In this document: positions 35,981 to 45,278 of the stretch, in pieces
Numbering within the stretch: the first letter of the stretch is position 1
Layout: each line of letters begins with the position of its first letter
Source of the DNA: a virus
Taxonomy: Duplodnaviria > Heunggongvirae > Uroviricota > Caudoviricetes
Reading direction: 5' to 3' (one strand)
Length of the DNA: 64,000 bases
IMG/VR virus record: IMGVR_UViG_3300046008_000242
Span: 185,363-249,362 of that record
Position numbers and translations under genes: made by a program
Notes under the pieces: model-generated
Database searches by the model: none
What the model saw: only the letters and a program-made list of their open reading frames with translations
Told to the model about the DNA's origin: nothing

Positions 35981-36500
35981 AACATAATAACCTTTTTAAA
36001 TTTAAGTTATAATTATTTATAAATTTTCTTGTCGCCGATGTGATAGGCAACCACATTTCACAACTCAATACAGTTTCAATGTAATTAGTCAACCAGAAGA
36101 ACTCTGGTTTGTTATTGATAACAGTTAATAATGACACTTTAAATGGAACAAATGAACCTTCTGGTAATGCTTTGATTGTGATAGGAAGATATCCCAAATC
36201 ATGTAATGCTTCGATATGAGATACATCCATATCTGTATTCAACATTTTATCCACAAATCGTTTGTATTTTTTAACGACTTGTTCTTTTGGTTTATTGAAG
36301 AAGGTTCTATTCCATTCATCGATAAGATATTCTTTGATGAAATATTGTAATCCTACAAAATAAACACCTTTACAATCTTTGATTCCAGAATGTTTACCAG
36401 AACGAGCAGTGAAGTTTGAATACACCACTTCCGTTCCTGTAGGATATTGAAAAATGTGTCCCAATTTATATGCGTCTGTTGATAATAATGCGTCGCTCAT
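35940..36500 (-). pseudogene. truncated NAMPT paralogue, N-terminal about 165 aa only
   Basis: MSDALLSTDAYKLGHIFQYPTGT...PEFFWLTNYIETVLSCEMWLPITSATRKF is collinear with residues 8-175 of the full NAMPT, at an estimated 60% identity. Reading then continues into unrelated sequence until a stop. Confidence 0.6.
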
Positions 36501-36726
36501 GTTGTTCTCCTAGTTAAAATAATTTGTTTTCTTTTACATTCATCTTGGTATGCTCGTATTATGCGTAATCAATAACATTTTTAGAATTTTTGTATTCTTA
36601 ATTGTATTAAGACCAAACATGGGAGTCAAATCAAGTTTATCACCGTTGCTTGTAACTTCCAAATCCTCAATCTTATTATTATCGATATTTCTGAAAAAGT
36701 CAAGAGCAGATTTAAAATCATTTAAT

Positions 36727-37134
36727 TCAACTTCCATTAGATTTAACCTTATGGATTAACATCTTACATAAATCATAAGTGAACGATAAACCAGCTCTGT
36801 CGTCTAATAATAAATTGAAGAACGGTTTCCTTGTTCTGTATAAAGGAGATTCATTAACATAATCAGGAACAATACCAACTGATTTACAATATGTAACAGC
36901 TTCTGTTAATTCGATTCCTTCTCTACATGTAAACAAGATTAGCTTACAATTAATGGATACCAATTCATGTAACAATTTAATCATCTCAGGATACGTATCT
37001 CCATTACCCTGATAATCAAAAATGGTATTGTCAAAATCAAATCCGATAAACAATGATTGATGTTTGTTGTATTCTTCTAATAATCGATTGAATGTATTTT
37101 GTTCATTTAAGAATCTATCTGATGTCGGTTCCAT
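36727..37134 (-). CDS. HAD-superfamily hydrolase-like protein, 135 aa
   Basis: FDFDNTIF (DxDxT motif I), then a Thr-containing TCREG block at motif II position. Confidence 0.5.
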   Translation of the reverse strand: MEPTSDRFLNEQNTFNRLLEEYNKHQSLFIGFDFDNTIFDYQGNGDTYPEMIKLLHELVSINCKLILFTCREGIELTEAVTYCKSVGIVPDYVNESPLYRTRKPFFNLLLDDRAGLSFTYDLCKMLIHKVKSNGS

Positions 37135-37135
37135 T

Positions 37136-37990
37136 TTATTCCCCTAATACGTCTAATACAATAACTCTTTCATCTGTTGATTCCTCGATGAATGAATTCG
37201 TAGTGTAAATTTTATCGATACAATCTTCAAACAATATGTCAACACCTTTGCTAAAAATGCCATGTGTAACATATAATGAAATCTTACCAACATTACGTTG
37301 TTTCAACACTTTGGCAATCTCTTGGAAGGTTCGTCCACCGTCACAGATGTCATCTACAATCAATACATCTTTGCCATTAAAATCGTCGCGATACACTTCT
37401 GTTCTAATGATATGACCATTAGAATCGCGTTCCTTATTTGATTGGACAACAGTTAATCCATATTCAGATGCCAATTTATAGATCTTCTTGCTTGCTCCAA
37501 AATCAGGAGATACCAATACGACATCTTTGAGTAAATCAATATCCATTGTTTCTTCAAACGATTTAATGATGGTATTTTGTTCAAAATTATTAAAATTGTC
37601 GAATAATGCTTTGGCTGTATCTGAATGTACATCTAATGTTGATACAGAATTGTATTCTTGTGAATTGATTAATTCGGCAAACACTTTCAACGATAATGAT
37701 TCTCCATCATCTGAGATCTTGTCTTGTCTTGAATATGGTAGATAAGGTAAGACCAAATCAATTGGTAACTTAGAACCATACGTTGATTTTAATGAATTGG
37801 TAACCATCAACAATTCCATAATATCATCTGATGATTTGATTCTGGTTTTGATTAATGCGGTGGAAATCGTATGTTTTGGTAAATCTTTTAACTGGACATG
37901 AACTTCACCACCAGAAAATTTAAAGAAGTTTGTATCAGTGATGATGATTGAATCTTCTTTGTTAAAAATTGTAACACTTACTATACTCAT
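37136..37990 (-). CDS. ribose-phosphate pyrophosphokinase family protein (PRPP synthetase, or Adps-like ADP-ribose pyrophosphokinase)
   Basis: FSGGEVHVQL, LPYLPYSRQDK, VLVSPDFGASKK, and the PRPP-binding loop DVLIVDDICDGGRTF. Confidence 0.8.
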   Translation of the reverse strand: MSIVSVTIFNKEDSIIITDTNFFKFSGGEVHVQLKDLPKHTISTALIKTRIKSSDDIMELLMVTNSLKSTYGSKLPIDLVLPYLPYSRQDKISDDGESLSLKVFAELINSQEYNSVSTLDVHSDTAKALFDNFNNFEQNTIIKSFEETMDIDLLKDVVLVSPDFGASKKIYKLASEYGLTVVQSNKERDSNGHIIRTEVYRDDFNGKDVLIVDDICDGGRTFQEIAKVLKQRNVGKISLYVTHGIFSKGVDILFEDCIDKIYTTNSFIEESTDERVIVLDVLGE

Positions 37991-38005
37991 TTGGGTTTCT
38001 CCAGT

Positions 38006-38308
38006 TTAAAATTTTGTTAATGCAGATTTCATATTGTACGTAAATTCACATTCTGTGTCATTTTCAATAGATATTGAAAGCATTCTTGTTTTTGGTAAAT
38101 AAAAAGGAACAACTTGTGCATTTTTAAAAACAATCAAAATGTTTGTCCAATTACAACATTCTTCCGAAGATTCAATTTTCAAGGTAAATGATTTATTGAT
38201 TGTAGCTGCTTTTTCGAGCAATTCTTTAATTGGATGTGCTTGATGATTGTTGTCTTGTTTGATAATCAATTCAAGAATTTTGTTTTTGTTTAATTTTGAT
38301 ACGCTCAT
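38006..38308 (-). CDS. hypothetical protein, 100 aa
   Basis: ORF track; an AAGGTGG Shine-Dalgarno follows the PeSL promoter. Confidence 0.5.
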   Translation of the reverse strand: MSVSKLNKNKILELIIKQDNNHQAHPIKELLEKAATINKSFTLKIESSEECCNWTNILIVFKNAQVVPFYLPKTRMLSISIENDTECEFTYNMKSALTKF

Positions 38309-38341
38309 TTTATACCACCTTTATAAATTGTTTGATTTAAG

Positions 38342-38400
38342 TTCATTGGATTCTTCCAACTTGAAATCTATTATAAAGGTTATCTCAGACATCGAAAGAT
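38342..38400 (-). promoter_or_regulatory. PeSL-like early promoter cassette
   Basis: Near-identical to the 21112 copy (ttcattggattcttccaacttgaaatctattataaaggttatc...catcgaaag). It lies 35-95 bp upstream of the start at 38308. Confidence 0.6.
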
Positions 38401-38629
38401 TTTTCTTATTAAATTTTAAACAAAAAGAAACCCCAATTCCTAAGAACTGAGGTTTCTTTAATTATTTTAATTTAAACTTGATGAGTGATTCCACAAATTT
38501 AACATATTCATCATCTGTTAATTCTCCAACTCCTTTGTCCAAAAGATAAGTTGAACAGAAATAGAATAAATTGTTATCTTCATCATAGAATTCTAATTCG
38601 TCTTTCATATTATTTATACAATTCTCTGT

Positions 38630-38845
38630 TCATCGACATCCTCTTGGTATAGAATCAATTTCCATCAACGATTGGTCTTCGGAAACTCTGTCGCAACGAA
38701 ATACCAATGTATCATTTGGGCTACGAATCATATTGAGACAAACTTGGAACAATTCAACTCTTTTACATTGGTTTGTATCCTTTGTTGTCTCAGAACATCC
38801 TAATGTATATAGACATAATAACAATACAAATAATTTCATTGGCAT
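38630..38845 (-). CDS. small lipoprotein, 71 aa
   Basis: Signal peptide and lipobox LGC, with four conserved Cys. Paralogue of the next gene. Confidence 0.5.
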   Translation of the reverse strand: MPMKLFVLLLCLYTLGCSETTKDTNQCKRVELFQVCLNMIRSPNDTLVFRCDRVSEDQSLMEIDSIPRGCR

Positions 38846-39099
38846 TCCTTCGGAATCTGTTCTAATGATGCCCTGGATTTAGAATAACTTACTTCCTTGC
38901 AAGAATCAACTATGTTATAATTAAATGATGACATATCCGATACGCACATTTTAAACAATTCTGATTGTTTACATCTATCGTGGTAAATATCTGGATTACA
39001 TCCCACCATAAGACCAACCAATAACAACAAGATAACTTTAATCATTTTCAAACTTCTCATGTACGTAATGTAATAACATATAAGACTGCGAACATACAT
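38836..39099 (-). CDS. small lipoprotein, paralogue
   Basis: Probably starts at the internal MIKVILLLLVGLMVGC (lipobox MVGC). Shares the C..ELF..C...IP.EC pattern with the gene at 38630. Confidence 0.45.
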   Translation of the reverse strand: MYVRSLICYYITYMRSLKMIKVILLLLVGLMVGCNPDIYHDRCKQSELFKMCVSDMSSFNYNIVDSCKEVSYSKSRASLEQIPKECQ

Positions 39100-39212
39100 C
39101 TGCTCCGTCCACCAGATAAATGGTTTTATCTTCTATTCCATACACTGCTATCTCAGTTCCTTCTAATTCAATTACAACTGTATCTGTCCTTCTAACAATG
39201 TCTAACGATACA

Positions 39213-39605
39213 TCAATTTTCATTTGTCCCTCCTGTTAAATTTGGAATGAAATAACATAAATGTTTCATATCGAAATGATATGGTTGTTTAACTTGATTA
39301 GGCAATATATCTCCAATCATACAAGGGTTAAATTCCATAAATGGAGATTCTTGTATCATATTAAGGAATGCTTCTCCAAATACCGTGTTCAAGGGTGCAA
39401 CATCAATGTATAATTCATAATTGATAACTTTTGCTCTTGTTACTCTACCAACAACCTTATCTAATGGTAGGGAACAAGAATGTTCCGAATCATCAAATAC
39501 AATATACAAGTCAGAATCAACGGAACGGATTTGTTGATACATCTGATGTATAATATCATATGGTAAAATATATACATTCGAACTAACTTTAAACATGATA
39601 ATCAA
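39213..39605 (-). CDS. hypothetical protein, 130 aa; paralogue of the gene at 39589..39972
   Basis: Both proteins contain M(I/M)GDIL..(Q/S)..(K/G)(Q/R)PY...K.....I.PNLTG. Confidence 0.5.
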   Translation of the reverse strand: MIIMFKVSSNVYILPYDIIHQMYQQIRSVDSDLYIVFDDSEHSCSLPLDKVVGRVTRAKVINYELYIDVAPLNTVFGEAFLNMIQESPFMEFNPCMIGDILPNQVKQPYHFDMKHLCYFIPNLTGGTNEN

Positions 39606-39972
39606 TTCCTGTTAGATTAGGACTGATACAAACAAAAACTTTATAATTGATTTGATATGGTCTACCAGATGATTGATTTAGGATATCTCCCATCATCACA
39701 ACATTGAAATCTAATATATATTTGTCCATTAATGATTCTAGATGTTTACCAGCATCATTGGTATTAAATGTGAAATCAAAATATAAACCATCTTCTTTGT
39801 TTTCAATTTGTGTGATTCTACCACAAGCTGTATTACCATAAATGAAAGCGTCATCAGAATCACCGAAGATAACCAATGCCGTTTCTGATTGGATATGTCG
39901 TTGGATGTCCTTTGTCATCCTGATTTTAATATCATCCGTTAAGATGAAATCTTTTGATGTAATTTTATACAT
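39589..39972 (-). CDS. hypothetical protein, 127 aa; paralogue of the gene at 39213..39605
   Basis: See the paralogue entry at 39213. Confidence 0.5.
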   Translation of the reverse strand: MYKITSKDFILTDDIKIRMTKDIQRHIQSETALVIFGDSDDAFIYGNTACGRITQIENKEDGLYFDFTFNTNDAGKHLESLMDKYILDFNVVMMGDILNQSSGRPYQINYKVFVCISPNLTGIDYHV

Positions 39973-40201
39973 GATTGTTTCCTTCTAGATGATTACAAAG
40001 TTCTTCTGGTGTCTGGAAAGTATCCCATTCTTCAGTTTCATTGTTATATACAGCCCAATACGATTCACCAACCCATGGAGAAACTGACATAATGTTATTT
40101 TCAAAATATGTAGTTCCAGAAGCAATATCATAATGTATAATATCATCTTCGTTAGGATTCTTTAAGATTTCAAGTAATGTTCTATTCATGGTCGTCTTCA
40201 A
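39965..40201 (-). CDS. hypothetical protein, 78 aa
   Basis: ORF track. Confidence 0.4.
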   Translation of the reverse strand: MKTTMNRTLLEILKNPNEDDIIHYDIASGTTYFENNIMSVSPWVGESYWAVYNNETEEWDTFQTPEELCNHLEGNNHV

Positions 40202-40721
40202 TTATTTTTAAAATTTCATCAACTGTCGAATTAGAAACAGTTATGGTGTGTACTATTTTAAGAACGTATAATTCCTTTAATACATTAGAACGTATATTTG
40301 AATCAATATACATAGCTTCTTGTACTGTCTGATTTCTACCATATTCTTGGAACTCATGATGTTCTAAATTGCGCTCCAAGAAGATTTCAATGTTATCAAA
40401 CAAATCATGCCCATCAACAATTAATTGTTTTAGAATTGGCAAATCATAATCATCCGAAATATAATTGAGTTGCATCAACAACGGAGAATCTGTAATTACG
40501 TAATCGACTTGACCTTTCAATCTTCGGAGTTTTGCTAATTGTTTGGCGAATACGTATTCCTGATTCTTAAGAATGGTATGACGTTTATCGTAAGTCAAGT
40601 CTTTTGCGTATTCTGTTACAAGTTCAACCTTATATCCTCTTGATTTCATCTGATAAAATAATCCAGCTGCAGTAGTTGATTTACCTGTACCAGGTCCACC
40701 GTATAAATTAATTACTTTCAT
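40182..40721 (-). CDS. P-loop NTPase or small kinase (AAA_28/NadR-kinase-like)
   Basis: N-terminal Walker A LYGGPGTGKSTTAAGL and a DSP Walker B-like motif. Compact size of 179 aa. Confidence 0.5.
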   Translation of the reverse strand: MKVINLYGGPGTGKSTTAAGLFYQMKSRGYKVELVTEYAKDLTYDKRHTILKNQEYVFAKQLAKLRRLKGQVDYVITDSPLLMQLNYISDDYDLPILKQLIVDGHDLFDNIEIFLERNLEHHEFQEYGRNQTVQEAMYIDSNIRSNVLKELYVLKIVHTITVSNSTVDEILKIIEDDHE

Positions 40722-41118
40722 GTATAATTCCCAGTTCTGATGATTTTGATGTATGGTATTCTATAATTTGGGTAATACACTTATCTGCGTTCCCAAGTGT
40801 AAGAATATGATTTAAATGATTAGTTGAATTTACAGATATTGGTTGATTATTCCATAATATGTATCCAACAACGTAATGTTTGTATTCTTCTGGATATTCG
40901 AATTTAGACCATAATAAATCAAATTCTTTATCTAGGCGTTCCAAATGACCTTGTGAAATGATTTCAATTATAAATGCAGAAATTCTATCTTTATTTTGTA
41001 TGTCATTAAAAATAGATTCCACATCAAATTCAAATCTAATGGTTGATAATTCTAAAATTATTGGTTCTCTTTTAGGAATTTGCATTTTTATCCTCTTTGG
41101 ATAACAAAAATAATTCAA
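40708..41118 (-). CDS. hypothetical protein, 136 aa
   Basis: ORF track. Confidence 0.45.
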   Translation of the reverse strand: MNYFCYPKRIKMQIPKREPIILELSTIRFEFDVESIFNDIQNKDRISAFIIEIISQGHLERLDKEFDLLWSKFEYPEEYKHYVVGYILWNNQPISVNSTNHLNHILTLGNADKCITQIIEYHTSKSSELGIIHESN

Positions 41119-41160
41119 ACAAATTTAATAGTAATTCAAATAATCCCGCGACAAATTCCA

Positions 41161-41565
41161 TTATCTTTTCCTAGTGTAAATTGATTTGGAAGGATTAGGG
41201 TGTTTGTACTCGATATGAGATTCTGCATTAAAAAAATCACATTCATCATCTTTTTTAATTAACCATTCTCCATGATGGTGATAATAAACATTTTCGGATT
41301 GGTATGAATTCCAATTCCCATTATCGTCCATTCTCAAATTGTCGTATTTAATCTTAGACCAATCTGGGATCCATTCTTCCTGATATACAGAAGAATCAAC
41401 AATAATATCAGTTATGTTCACCTCAGATAATTTACCATGTTTATCCATTACAATAACCACAAATTGTCCGAAACGATTCATGACGTCAGATATAATAATT
41501 ACATCATCACCTAAATGATTTGCTTTGCTACCTTTCAATTCCATATCAACCCCCATTATGTTCAA
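41161..41565 (-). CDS. hypothetical protein, 134 aa
   Basis: ORF track. Confidence 0.45.
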   Translation of the reverse strand: MNIMGVDMELKGSKANHLGDDVIIISDVMNRFGQFVVIVMDKHGKLSEVNITDIIVDSSVYQEEWIPDWSKIKYDNLRMDDNGNWNSYQSENVYYHHHGEWLIKKDDECDFFNAESHIEYKHPNPSKSIYTRKR

Positions 41566-41947
41566 TTTTGTTTTTAATATCGCTAATTTTCAAATCAGGG
41601 TGATACCAGATTGTCCTAAATGTAAAGTTGGTATCATCAAATCTAGATTGTCTAATTGGAGGAATTTCATCATAACTCAAGTCGCACTCTAATGTAATGG
41701 TCTTGTTATAGAATTCCAGTAAAGTGTTGAAATACGTCTGTTTAAACAAGATTCGTTTATTACCAACCATATCTTCAGCACACCAGACCACTCCACCAAA
41801 CGGAATACCATCTAACACATTTCTGATGATTTGTTTGTCTTGGATTAGATCCGTATTAACAGTAATCTTACCAGAATTCATTCTTTCGAATATTTCAGTT
41901 AATCTGAATGTATCATCACTTGTCTTAAAATTTTCTAACATTCCCAA
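41546..41947 (-). CDS. hypothetical protein, 133 aa
   Basis: ORF track. Confidence 0.45.
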   Translation of the reverse strand: MGMLENFKTSDDTFRLTEIFERMNSGKITVNTDLIQDKQIIRNVLDGIPFGGVVWCAEDMVGNKRILFKQTYFNTLLEFYNKTITLECDLSYDEIPPIRQSRFDDTNFTFRTIWYHPDLKISDIKNKIEHNGG

Positions 41948-42219
41948 TCCTCTGTATAAAAGAAATCATGTTTTTCTTGTTCTGGGTTAAAAGTATCAAT
42001 CTCATCTATATAGACACCAGACGACCAAATATCTTCGCCATATTCTTGTTCGAACGCTTCGATAATTAATCTGTCATTCCAACCAACAAGTCTAATGGAT
42101 ATCCCAGATTTAAGTGTTGCTGTGAATAATGAATTTGTGAATGACGGATTGCCGATTTCTTGGAATTGTGTTCCAAATTTGTTAAGTATTTTATTGATTG
42201 AACTAACAACTGTAGTCAT
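41935..42219 (-). CDS. hypothetical protein, 94 aa
   Basis: ORF track. Confidence 0.45.
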   Translation of the reverse strand: MTTVVSSINKILNKFGTQFQEIGNPSFTNSLFTATLKSGISIRLVGWNDRLIIEAFEQEYGEDIWSSGVYIDEIDTFNPEQEKHDFFYTEDWEC

Positions 42220-42247
42220 TGTAACCTCCTTAATTTTATGTTATATG

Positions 42248-42673
42248 TTAATCTTTAGAGATAACCATTTGGTCTGTTCTATCTTCCCATTTAATACATT
42301 GTTCATACGATATTGTTTCTGTTTCATTCCATGACGTACCGCCATATATGAACACTAATGGTTTGCCATCTTCGCGCATTCCTGCAAAATAACGTTTCTT
42401 CCATATAGAACGACGTTCCTCTTTGACCAAAACCTTATCATCAATCTTAAAATCTGCGTAAGATGTGACTTCGTTTAAATCATAAACTGATTCTTCTCGT
42501 TCATTATAGATACGTCCGAATATGCTCCAGCACTTAATTACAGATTGTCCTTCTACAATCCCAACGACTGGCAAAAGTAACCGACGTTCCATAGCAATAA
42601 TTTCAACCTTACGACCGTCGCGAGTTTTGTATTTTTTGTTAATATCAATGACCATTTTAGTTTCCTTTGGCAA
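42248..42673 (-). CDS. hypothetical protein, 141 aa
   Basis: ORF track. Confidence 0.45.
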   Translation of the reverse strand: MPKETKMVIDINKKYKTRDGRKVEIIAMERRLLLPVVGIVEGQSVIKCWSIFGRIYNEREESVYDLNEVTSYADFKIDDKVLVKEERRSIWKKRYFAGMREDGKPLVFIYGGTSWNETETISYEQCIKWEDRTDQMVISKD

Positions 42674-42899
42674 ATTGTTGTGATAAAATGTAGATCACTT
42701 CATCAATCGAGTATCCGTCAAATCCTGTGAATCTGATGACAAAATTTGGAGTGTCAATTAAACAATCTTCTGACATATCAGGATTGATTTCAAAATCAAT
42801 GTTAAATGCATGACATAGAGCCATAACTCTGGATATAGATGATGGTGAATTATCTTTACAACGAAATGATTGTTTTAATGAACCAGTTGTGTTATACAT
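42657..42899 (-). CDS. hypothetical protein, 80 aa
   Basis: ORF track. Confidence 0.4.
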   Translation of the reverse strand: MYNTTGSLKQSFRCKDNSPSSISRVMALCHAFNIDFEINPDMSEDCLIDTPNFVIRFTGFDGYSIDEVIYILSQQFAKGN

Positions 42900-42911
42900 A
42901 CGAACCTCCGA

Positions 42912-43211
42912 TTAAACTAATTCGGTGTAAATTTCAATTACACACATTTCCAAATTGAAACTAATTTGGACGAAAACTTCATCATTACAATGCTTAACGA
43001 CTTTCCAACAACTCAAAATCAAATCATCAGATTCTTCCTCTTCATCCATCTGGAATTTCAATTTTGAAGCGATTTTGCTAATTCGATTTAGCATATTGGT
43101 TTCAGGAAATACTACTTTTAATTCTTCGCCAAGATCCGATACAACAATGATACCAGATTTAACCAATTCTGGTAATAATTTTGATTTTACTTCAGTAACT
43201 ATTGATGCCAT
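42912..43211 (-). CDS. hypothetical acidic protein, 99 aa
   Basis: ORF track; first gene downstream of a PeSL promoter. Confidence 0.45.
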   Translation of the reverse strand: MASIVTEVKSKLLPELVKSGIIVVSDLGEELKVVFPETNMLNRISKIASKLKFQMDEEEESDDLILSCWKVVKHCNDEVFVQISFNLEMCVIEIYTELV

Positions 43212-43235
43212 GATAATAACCTCTTAAATGAATGA

Positions 43236-43290
43236 AAACTTCTAACTTGAAATCTATTATAAAGGCTATTTCTAACATCGAAAGAAAAAT
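43236..43290 (-). promoter_or_regulatory. PeSL-like early promoter cassette
   Basis: Plus strand reads cttctaacttgaaatctattataaaggctatttctaacatcgaaagaaaaatc. Confidence 0.55.
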
Positions 43291-43337
43291 CTAAAGAAAA
43301 ACCCAATAGAGAGTCTATTCTCTATTGGGTTCGGGTG

Positions 43338-43760
43338 TTACGGTTTCGTTCCTTCCATGAACAAACCAACGTTTTTCTTTTGTTTATTGATAAACGATGT
43401 TAATCCTAAAATTTTAGCTTCATAATCTAAACATGTATCATATAATGCAGAATTATACATCCCAACACAATAATCAACATATTCCATAAATTTTTCAGCT
43501 GGTAAATCCTTGTTTTTAATTAGATTGTAAAAATCTAATGGTCTGTTGTAATATTCTGTTACATCAACTGGGTCGATAGCAATAATTTGATAAAAATCAT
43601 ATTCTTCGTTTCTGGATAATGAAATCAATTCAAGATTCATATTTCCGAAATGTTCTTTCCAATCATCTAATGACGGTGAATCATTATTCAATTTAGAAAA
43701 TATATTGTTTTCCAATGTAATACTATATCCATCTGTTGTTTTATGGGCTTGATATTTCAC
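43338..43760 (-). CDS. hypothetical protein, 140 aa
   Basis: ORF track. Confidence 0.45.
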   Translation of the reverse strand: MKYQAHKTTDGYSITLENNIFSKLNNDSPSLDDWKEHFGNMNLELISLSRNEEYDFYQIIAIDPVDVTEYYNRPLDFYNLIKNKDLPAEKFMEYVDYCVGMYNSALYDTCLDYEAKILGLTSFINKQKKNVGLFMEGTKP

Positions 43761-44176
43761 ATCATTCTCTCAGCATATTGTTGAATTCTAGTATTATATG
43801 AATTTACCATTTCGGAACAGTATCCAAGATAATCTGATGTGATGATGCCAAATCCACCACGTTCATTAATCAAATCAACCACGGCTTTAAAACTTCTCAA
43901 CTGGAATTCATCAAATCCATCAGGAACAATGCATACAATTGTTTGTTTCTGAATATGAACCGAATCAACCATTTCGGCAATAGAGAACACTCCAGTCATT
44001 TCCTTTGTAATAACATAAAGATGGATGTTACATAATTCTTTCTGTTGTTTCTCAATTTCTTGACATTCTGGAGTCCAATCTTTTACCACAGGATTGAAAT
44101 AATCAATGGTCAATAAAGGAATAAGTTCTTCTCTCCATGTAGTGTTATTACATGTACCGCCTAAAAACACTTTCAT
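43757..44176 (-). CDS. nucleoside 2-deoxyribosyltransferase-like (NDT-fold) protein
   Basis: MKVFLGGTCNNTTWREELIPLL...NP fits the N-terminal (I/V)(Y/F)LAG..........NP signature of the NDT-like family. Confidence 0.45.
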   Translation of the reverse strand: MKVFLGGTCNNTTWREELIPLLTIDYFNPVVKDWTPECQEIEKQQKELCNIHLYVITKEMTGVFSIAEMVDSVHIQKQTIVCIVPDGFDEFQLRSFKAVVDLINERGGFGIITSDYLGYCSEMVNSYNTRIQQYAERMM

Positions 44177-44287
44177 GATTGTAATTCCTTAATTTGGTTT
44201 AACATCTTTGTTTCAATTTCTTCTTCCGTTAATGGATTACACATTAATCTATAAAGATCTTGTTTAATATATTCGACCAATAAATCT

Positions 44288-44746
44288 TTATTCATATTCA
44301 AACCCATCAGATACAATTTCAGCCAACATTGATTCAATACTATCATGAACCTTAACTTCTGGTCTAATTAAACTTAATTGAGTGATAACATCGTTACGGC
44401 GTTGATAATCAGGGTGACATGTAACAAAAATCTGTTTATTAGATGCAGCCTGAACTCCTAATTCATATAATGTAATAGGACAAAGTGTTTCTGGAGCAAA
44501 ATAGAACAAGACTGAATCTGCAATATGTAGATGTTCGTATTCCCATGTAATCTGTTCTTTTGTCATATTAGGATTAGACACATCAAAATTAGAACGTCTT
44601 GGATTCAATAGATCCACATCATAATCGTCTAATAATGAAATCATTTCAGATTGCCAATCAGAACAATTTGTAATTCCACCTGCAAGGAAGATTGATGGAG
44701 TTTGTTCTTGTTTAACATAAACTTCTGGACATTGTATTTCTTTCAT
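44288..44746 (-). CDS. NDT-fold protein, second paralogue
   Basis: SIFLAGGITNCSDWQSEMISLLDD...LNP ... YEL mirrors the adjacent gene. Confidence 0.45.
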   Translation of the reverse strand: MKEIQCPEVYVKQEQTPSIFLAGGITNCSDWQSEMISLLDDYDVDLLNPRRSNFDVSNPNMTKEQITWEYEHLHIADSVLFYFAPETLCPITLYELGVQAASNKQIFVTCHPDYQRRNDVITQLSLIRPEVKVHDSIESMLAEIVSDGFEYE

Positions 44747-44750
44747 TGTA

Positions 44751-45278
44751 TTACCATGTTATTGAAAAATAATTGCGCATTGATGTCATACTATTATAAC
44801 CAAATGTACTGACTGTATATGGAGGAGAATCGAATTTAGAATGCAACCATTTGAAAAGGTCTTCGCCATATCCTCCTGAATTATGTTCTATTAAAAGTTC
44901 ATTACCCGTGATAACATTGGAACTAACATAAAATGAACCATCAGTGAAAATAGATTTACCGTTATCCACATAATGTGATAACCACATACAATTTTGTCTT
45001 TTGGAAATGTTTAATTGTAATCTTTTGTTGACGTAATTGATGAGTTGTCTTTTATGTTCTTCCATCAATTCGTCCGATACAATCAATTTTGTTATTTGTA
45101 CTAATTCATCTGGATGTAAAATTCTATCGTTATTTTCTGATTTGGATTTGTTTGGAATTTTATTCAAATCATTTTTACTCAATGTAAATGAACATTGATT
45201 GGGTTCTGAATTACCAATAAAGAAATTAATAAAATTAGATTTTGTCATAATATACTCCACGTAAATCAAACATAACAA
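44751..45278 (-). CDS. hypothetical protein, 175 aa
   Basis: ORF track. Confidence 0.45.
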   Translation of the reverse strand: MLCLIYVEYIMTKSNFINFFIGNSEPNQCSFTLSKNDLNKIPNKSKSENNDRILHPDELVQITKLIVSDELMEEHKRQLINYVNKRLQLNISKRQNCMWLSHYVDNGKSIFTDGSFYVSSNVITGNELLIEHNSGGYGEDLFKWLHSKFDSPPYTVSTFGYNSMTSMRNYFSITW

